DNA of 64,000 nt from Octopus bimaculoides (taxonomy: Eukaryota): positions 51,463,068 through 51,527,067 of the forward strand of contig NC_068997.1 of the NCBI RefSeq assembly GCF_001194135.2. The letters run 5' to 3'. Positions 1 to 11,058 of the stretch are shown here, one piece after another. The notes below the pieces were generated by a model. That model had not been told where the DNA came from. It ran no database searches and was given only the letters and a program-made list of their open reading frames with translations. Position numbers and translations under genes: made by a program. Positions within the stretch are counted from its first letter, which is position 1, and each line of letters opens with the position of its first letter.

Positions 1-51
<51 letters not shown>

Positions 52-76
52 GATATACATATATATATATATATGT
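1..76. repeat. (TA)n microsatellite
   Basis: Near-perfect AT dinucleotide run at window start. Confidence 0.95.
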
Positions 77-989
77 TTGTGTGTATATGTATATGCATGC
101 ATGTATGTATACGTACATACATACATATATCTGCATGTCTGCAAATTTCGTAAACGTGCATACATTTGAGATAATACAACGTCATCGTTATTGGAAACAG
201 ACCAGAAATTTCCATCAACAGCAGAAATGAACATAAATAAATAAATAGATAAGTAAACAAATAAATATACATCCGTTATTTTGACTTTCTTATTTCTTAT
301 TTCATTCGCACTAAATAAACCCAACCTGCTCATGAGATTTTGTGTTTTTGAACCTCTGATATTCTACTTATAAATTTGATTATCGACCGAGAAACTCATT
401 GATTATTTCGCATTCTCTGATTGTATTCGATCGCGACACTTAGCTACGAGTAACATCAGCTCATTTAATCAATTTGCTGCATAGAAAAAGTTTCTACAAA
501 ATTCCATATTCTACAGTGTAATTCAAAATAAACGGAACAAAAAAAAAAAAAACAAACTCCTTAAGTTTCTACTCTCAGTCGCAGATGATCAATGTGGGCG
601 CCCTCTGCTTATCAGCGTTGCCAAACAAAACTTGGAGAGTTAAGCTCTCATGTAACATCTGTATTTTTGCAATACATTCATTACACCACTGACAGGTTTC
701 TTTTCTTTTTGTATCAATGGCGGTCACATTTATTCCGGAAGTGATGGACAGCCGTTGAGATATAGTCTCTAAACGGTTTTACTGTTTTACTGTGTCCGCC
801 ACTTCAATATTTCATTTTATTAAATTATTAAAGCTAAATACGTAAATCTGTGTCGAAACACAAAATCTTCTATAGGAGTTGTGTTTATGTAGCAGACTCT
901 CTTGGCTTTTGGTTGTTAAAGGATAAATTCTCCACGCTATTTAAACCCGGCGCGTAGCTGATTTCGTGTTTCTGGTGAAGGGATTCGCT

Positions 990-1380
990 TCTAGAAGTTA
1001 AAAAAAAAAAATTGGAAGGAGAACTGGTCCGGAATCGAGATAAACCTTACAGGCACTGATGTGCTGTCAGACGGACTTGTCCGAGGGCGCGCAGAGTGAC
1101 GAAACCGTTCCGCACGCCCTCGTTTAGTGTCCGGGCATTGCTGACTTGTGGGGTTATGTTGAACAGCTGCTGTCACGTGTGGGACGGATCCGTCTTCCGG
1201 CCGAGTCTGTAGTGCTGATTGCACCGCCGCCCTCCATCAATCGGGCAGGCAAGGTAGTTTTCTTTTGCCTGGTAGCTGTTGCGAAAGAGGTTGTTTGATG
1301 GACAAGGCTGAAAGGAATGGAGTTCCTCGATTATCCCCAGAGGCCTTCCTGTATCAGGTGGGCCACATCTCTAGCATCCT
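990..1380 (-). mobile_element. GC-rich island, possible decayed Ty3/Gypsy gag fragment
   Basis: Minus-strand frames joined across frameshifts read DARDVAHLIQE...GDNRGTPFLSAL..KQPLSQQ..GKRKLPCLPD, weakly like the Gypsy gag capsid pattern (EVRDLI..PP..PY..LK.AL...LS..QR...LL.LP.LGDRKPS). Stops are present. Confidence 0.25.
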
Positions 1381-1383
1381 CCC

Positions 1384-1560
1384 CGCCATTTTCGTCCTTC
1401 CTTACGGCCTGAGTTCAAGTTGCGCCGAGGTCGACTTTGCTTTTCATTCTTTCGGCGACGATAAATTAAGTATCAGTGAAACACTGGGGTCGATGTAATC
1501 GACTAGTCCCCACCCCCAAATTTCAGGCCTTGTGCTTATATCAGAAAGAATTATTATTAT
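1384..1560 (+). mobile_element. SINE family A (tRNA head + Nin/Deu-like domain), 5'-truncated
   Basis: B-box gagttcaagtt, central gtcgactttgcttttcattctttcgg..gataaattaagta..ctggggtcgat, tail gaaagaattattatt. Confidence 0.85.
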
Positions 1561-1874
1561 AATCATTTGCAGAAGTAGTAGTATTAGTAGTTGTAGTAAC
1601 CATTTAATATCGAACCATGCCTTTTTAATTTATTATAGAGTTTTACTTAATGTTAATGTATCGCCATTTCAGTGAGAATATTTTTTTGTTTTTGTTGCCT
1701 ATTTTTTGTCTTTATTTATGTTTTATTTTCAAGAGACGTAGTAAACTCTGTTATTTATGTTGTTGTTTGTTTATCTTTTGCTCCTTTTATTTAATAACTT
1801 GCCTTTACTAGGTGTTCTTCCTTGCTTTGCTATGAGAAAATATCTACATACACACGTGTGTTTGTGTATCCGTC

Positions 1875-1924
<50 letters not shown>

Positions 1925-2288
1925 CACGTATCTATGCATATGTTTGTATGTATGTATATATTTGTTAAATTGAGAAATTAAAACCATTTAAACATAAGGA
2001 TACCATAACATGCATTTTAACAAGAATATTATAACTACTTCTCATGATTTACATCTTACTGTACCCATACACGTTCACACACACGCACACACACGCACAC
2101 ACACACTCGCTTCCATTCAAGCACTTGAACATAACACAAATGAATATATATATATATATATATGTACATGTATGTAATGTATATGTGTATAGAAATATAT
2201 ATATATTCATATATGTATATATAAATATACGCACATGTACATATGTATATACATATACATAAATATGTGTTTGTATATATGTATACAA

Positions 2289-2355
<67 letters not shown>

Positions 2356-2957
2356 NNNNNNNNNNNNNNNNNNNNNNNNNNNNNNNNNNNNNNNNNNNNN
2401 NNNNNNNNNNNNNNNNNNNNNNNNNNNNNNNNNNNNNNNNNNNNNNNNNNNNNNNNNNNNNNNNNNNNNNNNNNNNNNNNNNNNNNNNNNNNNNNNNNNN
2501 NNNNNNNNNNNNNNNNNNNNNNNNNNNNNNNNNNNNNNNNNNNNNNNNNNNNNNNNNNNNNNNNNNNNNNNNNNNNNNNNNNNNNNNNNNNNNNNNNNNN
2601 NNNNNNNNNNNNNNNNNNNNNNNNNNNNNNNNNNNNNNNNNNNNNNNNNNNNNNNNNNNNNNNNNNNNNNNNNNNNNNNNNNNNNNNNNNNNNNNNNNNN
2701 NNNNNNNNNNNNNNNNNNNNNNNNNNNNNNNNNNNNNNNNNNNNNNNNNNNNNNNNNNNNNNNNNNNNNNNNNNNNNNNNNNNNNNNNNNNNNNNNNNNN
2801 NNNNNNNNNNNNNNNNNNNNNNNNNNNNNNNNNNNNNNNNNNNNNNNNNNNNNNNNNNNNNNNNNNNNNNNNNNNNNNNNNNNNNNTTATCAGAATGTTT
2901 GAACCAATTCCGAAACAGATCCAAAGAAACTGTTGATACCGTATGTCGTCATTATTA

Positions 2958-3140
2958 TTACCTCCGCCAAGGAAGGAGGTTATGTTTTCATCGGCGATAG
3001 TTTGTCCGTCTGGGTGCAAAATAACTCAAAAAGTTGTGAACGGTATTTGACGAAACTTGCAGAAAAAGTTGGTAATGACACAAGGAACAGATGATGAAAT
3101 TCTGGTAGTAATCTGGGAATTTTTATGGATTCTTGAAGGA
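2958..3140 (+). mobile_element. Helentron-type non-autonomous element (HINE-like), 5' part
   Basis: Starts ttacctccgccaagg(aagg)aggttatgttttc, the same 5' subterminal motif as the complete copy at 3449. Confidence 0.65.
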
Positions 3141-3448
3141 TTTTTCATTTGTTATATTTACTTTACATGAAGTATTACAATGTTACAGTCTTTGATTATC
3201 TCCCTTGAAAACACGTTCATCGTTTCCACGTAACCTATGGTGGCGTTGCTATTTCTAAAGTTTATTGTCGTTTCTCTATTAGTAATTTTACTTGTTGTGT
3301 GTATCACTCAAGATTTAGGTAATCGTTGTTTCCTTTTAGTTGTATGGTGAAATTAGCTTGCTGTTGTCATTGATGTATTATAACTGCTTCAGATGATTCC
3401 TGTTTTTAAAGGTTTTTTTTTTTAATCATATGGCTGTGTTATTTCTTT

Positions 3449-3577
3449 TTACCCCCGCCAAGGAGGTTATGTTTTGGCCGGCGTTGGTTTGGGAAATTGG
3501 GCGATTTTCAGCATGCGTGTATATGGGTGGAAATGAGCTGTTTGGCGGAGGTCTGCGCTCTCCGAGTGCTTTTCTAG
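3449..3577 (+). mobile_element. Helentron-type non-autonomous element (HINE-like), short complete copy
   Basis: Subterminal inverted repeats cccccgccaa (3452) and ttggcggagg (3542), 3' hairpin gcgctc-tcc-gagtgc, end ctag, inserted in T-rich TT context. Confidence 0.7.
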
Positions 3578-4009
3578 TTTATTTATTCTTTTATTTGTCA
3601 ACCAAGCTACTGGAAGAACATCCGTACCAAAGCCCCTTGAAGACCTCCCCAAGATTGACGTTTCGCGAATTCCCCACTGAATACGTTAGTGAAAACAAAT
3701 GTTTGAAATTCTAATCTTTCCACGACTGCATTATTCTGGTAATATTCTGCCCTCTACGTTCTTCCAAATGAAAGAACCAAAATTTAATGTAAACATTAGA
3801 ATTTTACATCATATATTTATGGTATTTCAGCAGAATATGCTATCTATTTGAATAATGAGCACGTTTGAACCTTTTATAACGCTACGGTGCATTTACTGGG
3901 CATTGCACTTCGCCTCTACACCAATAAACTAGTGTAAAACTTGCAACGATATATCACAGTGTTACAGTATCAAGAAAACCTTCAGATATAGTTATATACG
4001 GCTGGTCAC

Positions 4010-4220
4010 AATGCGCTTCCTATTCTATTTTGATTGTCCCATTCTTTTCCATCATCCATCAAATAGCTTAACTAAATCATTTTCCCATTGTCGTGAAGGC
4101 CTTCCAAGTGACTTTTACCGATCTCCTGAATATCACTGGCCAACTACACGGCTCAGCAGAACTTGTGTTTTCGGTGATCTGCGATAGCATTGTTCACTTC
4201 GAGGCAAAGAGCAGCTGTAA
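4010..4220 (-). mobile_element. RTE-clade LINE 3' fragment (internally deleted duplicate)
   Basis: Paralog of 10570-10820 lacking about 40 bp internally. Confidence 0.65.
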
Positions 4221-4240
4221 AAATCCAAGCTGGAAATATC

Positions 4241-4335
4241 ATCCTTTTCTACTCTAGGGAGAAGGCCCGAAATTTTTTGGGAGGGGGGGAGGGGTCAGTC
4301 GATTAGATCGACCACAAGACGCAACTGGTACTTAC
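4241..4335 (-). mobile_element. SINE family A, 3' part only
   Basis: atccttttctactctagg..gtcgattagatcgacc..cgcaactggtacttac; cut by a deletion relative to the copy at 10843. Confidence 0.85.
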
Positions 4336-4479
4336 GCTCATTTCTCCCTGCATATATAAGAGGCCCTGTGAAGAACCCCAGCAACTGAAAAAGTGAGTGT
4401 CGAACGCAATGGAGAAAGAGTGGAACAGGCATTAACAAACTTTGGGGCATGGTAGAATGGATAAGATAGAGGGTCATGC

Positions 4480-4835
4480 AACACCCCATTCACCAGCTCA
4501 TGACCCCTCGTAGAATTGAAAAAACCCTAACAAAGAATATAGAAAACAAGCACACAGAAAAATGTAGAAATTACGAAAAGAAAAAAAACTCTTATTTTCA
4601 TGAAATCAATAACAAGAAGACACAACAGAAAAACGTTGGGAAAATATTAGAGAAATATATAATAACAAAAGGGAAAAAAAGTGATCGAAATCAAAGAACA
4701 CTTTAAAAATGAGATTTTGCTAATTCGCAGATTCTGTTGTTACAAAAACACAACAGTAGTTCTTTGAACAAAACAAACAGTTCGAGTCTAACCAAAAACA
4801 GTTTCATGAAAAACTAAGTCAACGTAAAATATTGT
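4480..4835 (+). mobile_element. R4/Dong-like non-LTR retrotransposon fragment (pre-RT region)
   Basis: Frames give KYIITKGKK.VIEIKEHFKNEILLIRRF...EQNKQFESNQKQFHEKLSQ, like KY.I......IEELKQ.I......RRY....QNRLF..NQK.FY..L of RLE-type LINEs; frameshifted. Confidence 0.6.
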
Positions 4836-4872
4836 GCAGAGTCAAAAGTTTTGCAATATTTTGGTAGCTTAT

Positions 4873-5088
4873 AAGGCGGAAAACTAACCAAATCGTTCGC
4901 ATGCCGGACGAAATTCTTAGCGGCAATTCGTCCGTCTTTACGCCCTGAGTTCATATTCAGCCGAAGTTGACTTTGCTTTTCATTGTTTCAGGGTCAGTAC
5001 AGTAAATATTAGTTGAACACTGGGATCGATGTAATCAACTTAACCCCTCCCCGAAATTGCTGGCCGTGTGCTAAAATTTGAAATCAAT
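4873..5088 (+). mobile_element. SINE family A
   Basis: aaggcgg head, atattcagccgaagttgactttgc, ctgggatcgatgtaatc, tail gtgtgctaaaatttgaaatc. Confidence 0.85.
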
Positions 5089-5120
5089 AGTTTATTTGCT
5101 TTATTTACATCTAAAGTAAG

Positions 5121-5291
5121 CTAGCATTCAAAGTGGAGGCCATCGTGCTGCACCGTCTGAAGCCATCTTCCTACTAGTCCCACGCTGATACCAGCTTTGT
5201 CCATGGAGGCGAATAACTCGTTCACTGAAACTTCCACTTCCTCTTGGTTGATGAAGCACCCCGAGCGCAGGAAGTGAGCCATGGATCGGAA
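5121..5291 (-). mobile_element. mariner transposase C-terminal fragment
   Basis: Reads FRSMAHFLRSGCFINQEEVEVSVNELFASMDK...LVGRWLQTVQHDGLHFEC*, matching the mariner C-terminus (F.S....L.G..F....EV......FF.......Y..GI..L..RW......G.YF). Confidence 0.85.
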
Positions 5292-5294
5292 CAA

Positions 5295-5600
5295 GTAATA
5301 ATATTTAAAACAACTACTTCAGGCCATAACAGCAGCATCATTAGAAAAGAAACTGTGAATAGTAAGCAACAGGAAAAGATGCGATTGTAAACTCCTGGTC
5401 CAAAATTTTAGACGAGACACCTAAACCGATATCACAAACGTTTTATTGATGAAGTCGGAAAAAATACTTAACTCGGTGAAAAGGAAAACTATCACGATTA
5501 TCTTGTTTATCAAGAATAACCAGCAAGTGCTAAACATGATGATCCTTAACCTCTCTGTCTACAGCCAATAAAACTTCCACACAACATACAAACACAACAA
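5295..5600 (+). mobile_element. R4/Dong-like LINE fragment (RT N-terminal part, degenerate)
   Basis: DAIVNSWSKIL resembles D.I.N.W.K.L and SLTSLSTANK resembles PITCLST.YK; many stops. Confidence 0.4.
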
Positions 5601-5737
5601 CAAAAGCAACAAAATGAATGACACACCAAATTAAACCCGATGTAGTATACAAGTACGATCCTACATTCTCAAAAGACAGTGCAACACAAAACTCGTTTTA
5701 AACTATTGGAAACGTGACGCTAAATAATAACAACAAT

Positions 5738-5938
5738 AATCCTTTCTACTATCGGTACAAGGCCTGGAATTTGTGGGAAGGGAGTCTAGTCGATTACATC
5801 GACCCCGAATGCTCGACTGCTATTTATTTTACCGACTCCGAAAGGATAGAAGGCAGAGCCAATCCTGGCAGAATTTGAGCACACTGTATAGACAGACAAA
5901 ATGCCACGAACCATTTTGTTCAATGTGCTCACCCACTT
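5738..5938 (-). mobile_element. SINE family A
   Basis: aataatcctttctactatcggtacaaggcc..gtcgattacatcgacccc..gaaaggat; diverged head. Confidence 0.85.
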
Positions 5939-5987
5939 AATAATAATAATGATGATGATGATGATGATGATGATAATAATAATAATA

Positions 5988-6196
5988 ATCCTTTCTACTA
6001 AAGCCACAAGGCTTGAAATTTTGGAGGAGGAGAATAATCGATTACATCGACCCCAGTGTTTTACTGATACTTAATTTATCGACTCCGAATTGATGACAGG
6101 TAAAGTCGACCTCGGCGAAATATGGACCCAGAACGTAAAGACGGATGAAATGTCGCTAAACACTGTTCGCAGTGCTGACGCTTCTGTCAGCTCACC
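5988..6196 (-). mobile_element. SINE family A with (TAA/TGA)n tail
   Basis: Tandem with the previous copy; tail microsatellite at 5940-5990. Confidence 0.85.
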
Positions 6197-6214
6197 AAAA
6201 CTGACAATAATTAT

Positions 6215-6400
6215 TGATGCAAGATGACTAGATATGATTGTAGAAGACATAAAAAGAAGTGTAAGATCAGAAGTTATGATAATAGAGAAGATACTTTTAA
6301 AAAATGAGGAAAAAATTGAGAAATATCAGGACTTGGCCAAGACCTAGAGATGAAGGAAGATTGTGGAAGACCGAGGTGGCATTCCTGTGGTAACTCCAGT
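6215..6400 (+). mobile_element. R4/Dong-like LINE restriction-like endonuclease fragment
   Basis: DMIVEDIK...EEKIEKYQDLAK...GIPVV resembles RPDIVV.DK...KE.EKIEKYQDL...IPVV. Confidence 0.65.
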
Positions 6401-7102
6401 CACCCTAATCATTTTTGTAACAGTCACCTTTCGATAAATTTTCTGAGAGAGAGGAAATAATAACAATTAATTGCTTAGTTGTAGTATTTATTTATTTATT
6501 TATTTTTACCGTTTTGTAACAAATTTTATAAGCGATTCTTGTTTTTGAAATATTTATTAGTTTTTATAAATCTGACTCTCGGGAAAACTTTTAAATGTTA
6601 CCCCCGAAATGATCAAATTACGGTGAAGCAATGCAACGTTCACCATTTTTATTTTTCCTTTGCACATTTATTAATTTATTTTCTTATTTATTTGATTGTT
6701 TGTTGCTGTTGTTGTTTTGTGTGTGTCTAGATTTTTGAAATCTTTAAAATAAGTTGTATGCATGTACATGCATTGACATTCCCAGACACTAATCTGTAAC
6801 AAGCAAAGTTAAACGCAGCAAAAATTTACCATTACAAGAATATCAATAGTCACCACAAGAACCACTCCCTATAAAAGTAAACATGCATTTCTAAAACATT
6901 TCTGAAAGGAGACGAAGTGGGGAGAAAAAATTATGATAATACACATTGTTTAGCCGAACAGTGTACTTGTGTAGTTGATGACATTTTGTTCTGCATATTT
7001 TTTATTTATTTTCTTTTGTTGAGAAAGTTCTATAATGTTGATTCCTAACCTAAGCCTAAGGTCAAAAATTTGATAACGGGAACAGTTTATTATATTCTCA
7101 TT

Positions 7103-7482
7103 CAGGCGCAGGCGTGGCTGTGTGGTAAGAAGCTTGCCTCCCAACCACATGGTTCCGGGTTCAGTCCCACTGCGTAACACCTTGGACAAGTGTCTTCTAC
7201 TATAGCCTTGGACCGACCAAAGACTTATGAGTGGATTTGGTAGATGGAAACTGAAAGAAGCCCGTCGTATATATATATATATATATATATAATGTGTGTG
7301 TGTGTGTGTGTGTCTTTGTGTGTACATTTGCGCTCCACCTTTGCTTGACAAGATAGCGGTTCGGCAGAAGAAAACGATAGAATAAGTACCACGCTTACAA
7401 AGAATACGTTCAAGGGTCAGATCCTTTGATTAAAAGGTGGTGCTCCAGCATGGCTGCAATCAATAGTAAAAGAATAAAAGAA
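7103..7482 (+). mobile_element. SINE family B (tRNA/CORE-like head, internal (TA)n(TG)n, 3' tail), full length
   Basis: ggcgcaggcgtggctgtgtggtaag..gggttcagtcccactgcg..ccttggacaagtgtctt..gaaagaagcccgtcg(TA)n(TG)n..ggtgctccagcatggctgcaatcaa..aaagaataaaag. Confidence 0.85.
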
Positions 7483-7555
7483 TATATGTATACGCACACA
7501 CACGCACACACACACACATACACACACACGCACGCACGCACACATATGTATATGT

Positions 7556-7772
7556 ACGTGTGTATCTTTGTGTTAGTGTTTGTCCCACCACCACTGCTTC
7601 ATAACCAGTGTTGGTGTGCTTACGTCCCAGCAACTTAGCGGTTCAGCAAAGAAGACCAGTCTTAAAACAAATAAGTACTGAGGTCGATTCATTCGACTAA
7701 AATTTCCTCAAGGCGTTGCCCCAACATGGCCGCAGTCAAATGATTGAAACAAATAAAAGAATAAAGATAAAA
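7556..7772 (+). mobile_element. SINE family B, 3' half
   Basis: gtttgtcccacc..ttagcggttcagcaaag..ccccaacatggccgcagtcaaatgattgaaac. Confidence 0.8.
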
Positions 7773-8208
7773 GTCATTGACCCCGGAAGGGTCAAAGCCA
7801 AATGTGCCTTTGTGTGATTAGGTCTCGCAACCAAATGATCCGGAAAAAATGCCGCAAATAATTTTCTATAATAGTAATTCAATTCATAGACACAAAGTTA
7901 GGATTTCATTAGTGGGGAAAAAAAATCTGTTATATCAGCCCTAAGATATGACTGGTGCTTTATTTCATCGACTCCGGAAGGGTCAAAAACGGAGCTGATC
8001 TAAGTGGGATTTAAATTATTTTATAGATACAAAGCAAGAATTTTGGTGGAGGATGAGGGTGGGTAGCTTTGCAGTTGCTTATATCAATAAAGGACTTGGC
8101 TAGTGATTTATTTCTTGGACCCTGGAAGAATCAAGACTAAGCTGGCCCTAGTGTGATTAGATCTCGGAACGAAAAGGTTCAAAACATATTGCGAAGAGAT
8201 TCTATTTT

Positions 8209-8425
8209 GTCTTTTCTACTCTAGGCACAAGGCCAGAAATTTTTTGGGAGGGGCCATTCGACTAGATCGACCCCAGTACGCAACTGGTACTTAATTTATC
8301 GACCCCGAAAGGATGAAAGGCAAAGCCGATCTTGGCGGAATTTGAACTCAGAACGTAAAGACAGACGAAATACCGGTAAGCATTTCGCCCGGCCTGCTAA
8401 CGTTTCTGCCAGCTCGCCGCCTTAG
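8209..8425 (-). mobile_element. SINE family A, well-preserved, 14-bp TSD
   Basis: Full head-to-tail copy; agagattctatttt at 8195-8208 and 8426-8439. Confidence 0.93.
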
Positions 8426-8737
8426 AGAGATTCTATTTTCCATTCACAATACTGATTTATTACATCGGCAAAAAAGCCAGAATTTTTAACGGGAGCGGGG
8501 AGACTCTATTATATTGATTCCAGCATCAATCTGACACTTTATCTAATTGACCCCGGAGGGATAAGAAAAATAACGGTGGGAAAGAATTTGATCTCAGAGC
8601 AGAAAGATCCGGATGAAATACTACAAACAATCAAGGTTTATTTCTTATATAAACATTAAGCCAGAAAATTGGCGGGAAAAACCGATTCTGTCAACCTCTC
8701 ATTTTGTGACAATATCCCGATATAACACGGATTATTT

Positions 8738-8930
8738 AGGTGCATGGTCTAGTGGTTCGAGTGTTGGAATCACGATCACCAGGTCGTGGTTCGATTCCCG
8801 AATCGAACAGTGTTCTGTGTCCTCGAATAAAGCACATCATTTCACGTTGCTCCAGCCCGCTCAGCAGAAAATATGCACTTGTTGAATGCTGATGCAGCCC
8901 CCTTTCTCTCTCCAGTCGTGACATCTTCGA
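8738..8930 (+). mobile_element. SINE family C (tRNA head + CORE-like)
   Basis: A-box tggtctagtgg, B-box ggttcgattcc, gtgtcctcgaataaagcac..tttcacgttgctccag. Confidence 0.75.
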
Positions 8931-9344
8931 TGTTCTCCCTAAGTCAAAGACAGGAAGGCCAAGAGGATATCCTATGTCGGTTGAAATCTACGAAGTCACC
9001 CAAACAGTTAAAGAATTTGCGGTGAAAGCTGCCAGGTCAAATTCTCTTGCGAGTGACAGCTTAGCGTATTGATTAGGAAATTTACTTTTAAAATTAAATC
9101 CATTCTGACTGTTTGCAGACGAAATTCAATTGGTTTTAGATAAAGGAAATGATTCTACTGAAAAATGCCAAGCCAATTAGATCAGCTTAATTGTCCAGTA
9201 AAGGTGAAGTATAGCTAAAAGGTCAAGTTAGCCCAACCTTTATAATCTGGCAAACACAAACCATTAATTAATGACATTGATTGCTTTGTGTAACCAGCTG
9301 ACGTTGAAGAACATCAATTATAAAATCGCTACAACATATCAGGG

Positions 9345-9490
9345 CGTAGGCGAGCTGCCTAGTGAAAAGACACATTTGATTGATGATCTTAATATTGTGG
9401 GTTCGATTCCTAGGATTCGCTTTGTGTTTTAGAGCAAGGCATTTCATTTTTCATGGCTTCTTCACTGTTCAGCTGCAAAGGGGTTCTACC
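9345..9490 (+). mobile_element. SINE family C, degenerate
   Basis: gggttcgattcc..gtgttttagagcaaggcatttcatt. Confidence 0.5.
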
Positions 9491-9928
9491 GCATAATGGT
9501 TAAGGATCAACTAAGGCAGTTCTTCCCAAACATATCTTAACTATAAATCCGTTTGATTCAAAGTCTACTGAGATGGATTCTCGAGGCCATTTGATGCTTT
9601 AAAAAAACTCATAATATTTTTTTTATTAAATATTAATAATTGTATTAAAAAATTGTTAAAGTTTCACGACAATTATACCGTCATATGGTATATGTGTGTG
9701 TGATCTCTTTCTTATTACCACCCTAAAGTCAGCCAACGCTTTGTTCTGAAACACGCGTGTATTGAGTTCTACATCGGATTAAAGTTCTCGCAATACATGT
9801 GCGAAATATATATATATATTCATACATATGAAGACATCGTACGAGTGATAAATTGATAGATAGATAGATAGAAATAGGCTACCTCGAGGCCATAGTTTAA
9901 AATTATCTTATGTACTGCACAACGAAAG

Positions 9929-9988
9929 AGAACTCAGAACCTCGTGGTTACAAGGCGAATTCCTTAACCACACAATTGTGCCTGTGCC
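9929..9988 (-). mobile_element. SINE family B head fragment
   Basis: gaacctcgtggtt..cttaaccacaca..cctgtgcc is the reverse complement of the family B head. Confidence 0.55.
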
Positions 9989-10569
9989 TCATTATTTGAA
10001 ATATTTTCTTAATTTTTATTTTAAAGATAAATATCTGCTTCAAGTTTTAAATGACCAGAAACTGAGCGACCAATTAACATATGTGAGTAGTTGCTGATAC
10101 TTCGTGTTTTTTTATTTCTTTATTTATATAATTATTTATTTATTTATTCATTTATTTATTTGTCAACCAAGCTACTGGAAGAACATCCGTACCGAAGCCC
10201 CTTAAAAGATCTTCCCAAGATTGACGTTTCGCGAATTCCCCACTGAATACTTTAGTGAAAACAAATGTTTGAAATTCTAATCTTTCCACGACTGCATTAT
10301 TCTGGTAATATTCTGCCCTCTACGTTCTTCCAAATGGAAGAACCAAAATTTAATGTAAACATTAGAATTTTACATCATATATTTATGGTATTTCAACAGA
10401 ATATGCTATCTATTTGAATAATTAGCAAGTTTGAAACCTTTATAACGCTACGGTGCATTTACTGGGCATTGCACTTTGCTTCTCGTCTAATAAACTAGTG
10501 TAACGCTTGCAACGATGTATCACAGTGTTACAGTATCAAGAAAATCTTCAGATACTGTTATATACCGCT

Positions 10570-10820
10570 GGTCACAATGCGCTTCCTATTCTATTTTGAT
10601 TGTCCCATTCTTTTCCATCATCCCTCAAATTGCTTAACTAAATCATTTTTCCATCGTGTGAAGGCCTTCCAAGTGGCTTTTACTGATCTCTTGGATATCA
10701 CTGGCCAACTGCACGGGTCCGCCTGTTGTCTGAGAACCTTGTGATATGTGCAACCCAGTGGAACTTGTGTTTTCGATGTTCTGCGATCGCATTGTTCACT
10801 CTGAGACAGAGAGCAGCTGT
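10570..10820 (-). mobile_element. RTE-clade LINE ORF2 C-terminal fragment
   Basis: VNNAIAEHRKHKFHWVAHITRFSDNRRTRAVGQ*YPRDQ*KPLGRPS / RWKNDLVK resembles RTE I...RK.K..WAGH..R..D.RWT..V..W.PR..KRP.GRP..RW.DD. Confidence 0.8.
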
Positions 10821-10842
10821 AAAAATACATACTAGAAATATC

Positions 10843-11058
10843 ATCCTTTTCTACTCTAGGGAGAAGACTCGAAATTTTGGGAGAGGGGGCCAGTCGATTA
10901 GATCAACCACAGGACGCAATTGGTACTTACTTTATCAACTCCAAAAGGATGAAAAGCAAAGTCGACCTCGGCGGAATTTGAACTCAGAACGTAGCGGCAG
11001 ACGAAACACCGCTAAGCATTTCGACCGGCGTGCTAACGATTCTGCCAGCTCGCCGCTT
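10843..11058 (-). mobile_element. SINE family A, full length
   Basis: Complete to gccagctcgccgcttt head. Confidence 0.92.

Larger units (their letters stand above)
3590..4478 (+). repeat. Local duplication copy 1 (paralog of 10155-11399)
   Basis: Direct alignment by eye from ttatttgtcaaccaagctactgg to gatagagggtcatg; offset about 6565 bp. Confidence 0.95.

Noticed and set aside
8935-9300. Coding-looking stretch LPKSKTGRPRGYPMSVEIYEVTQ...
   Set aside because: Interrupted by stops, no recognisable motif; possibly transposon debris, but unsupported.
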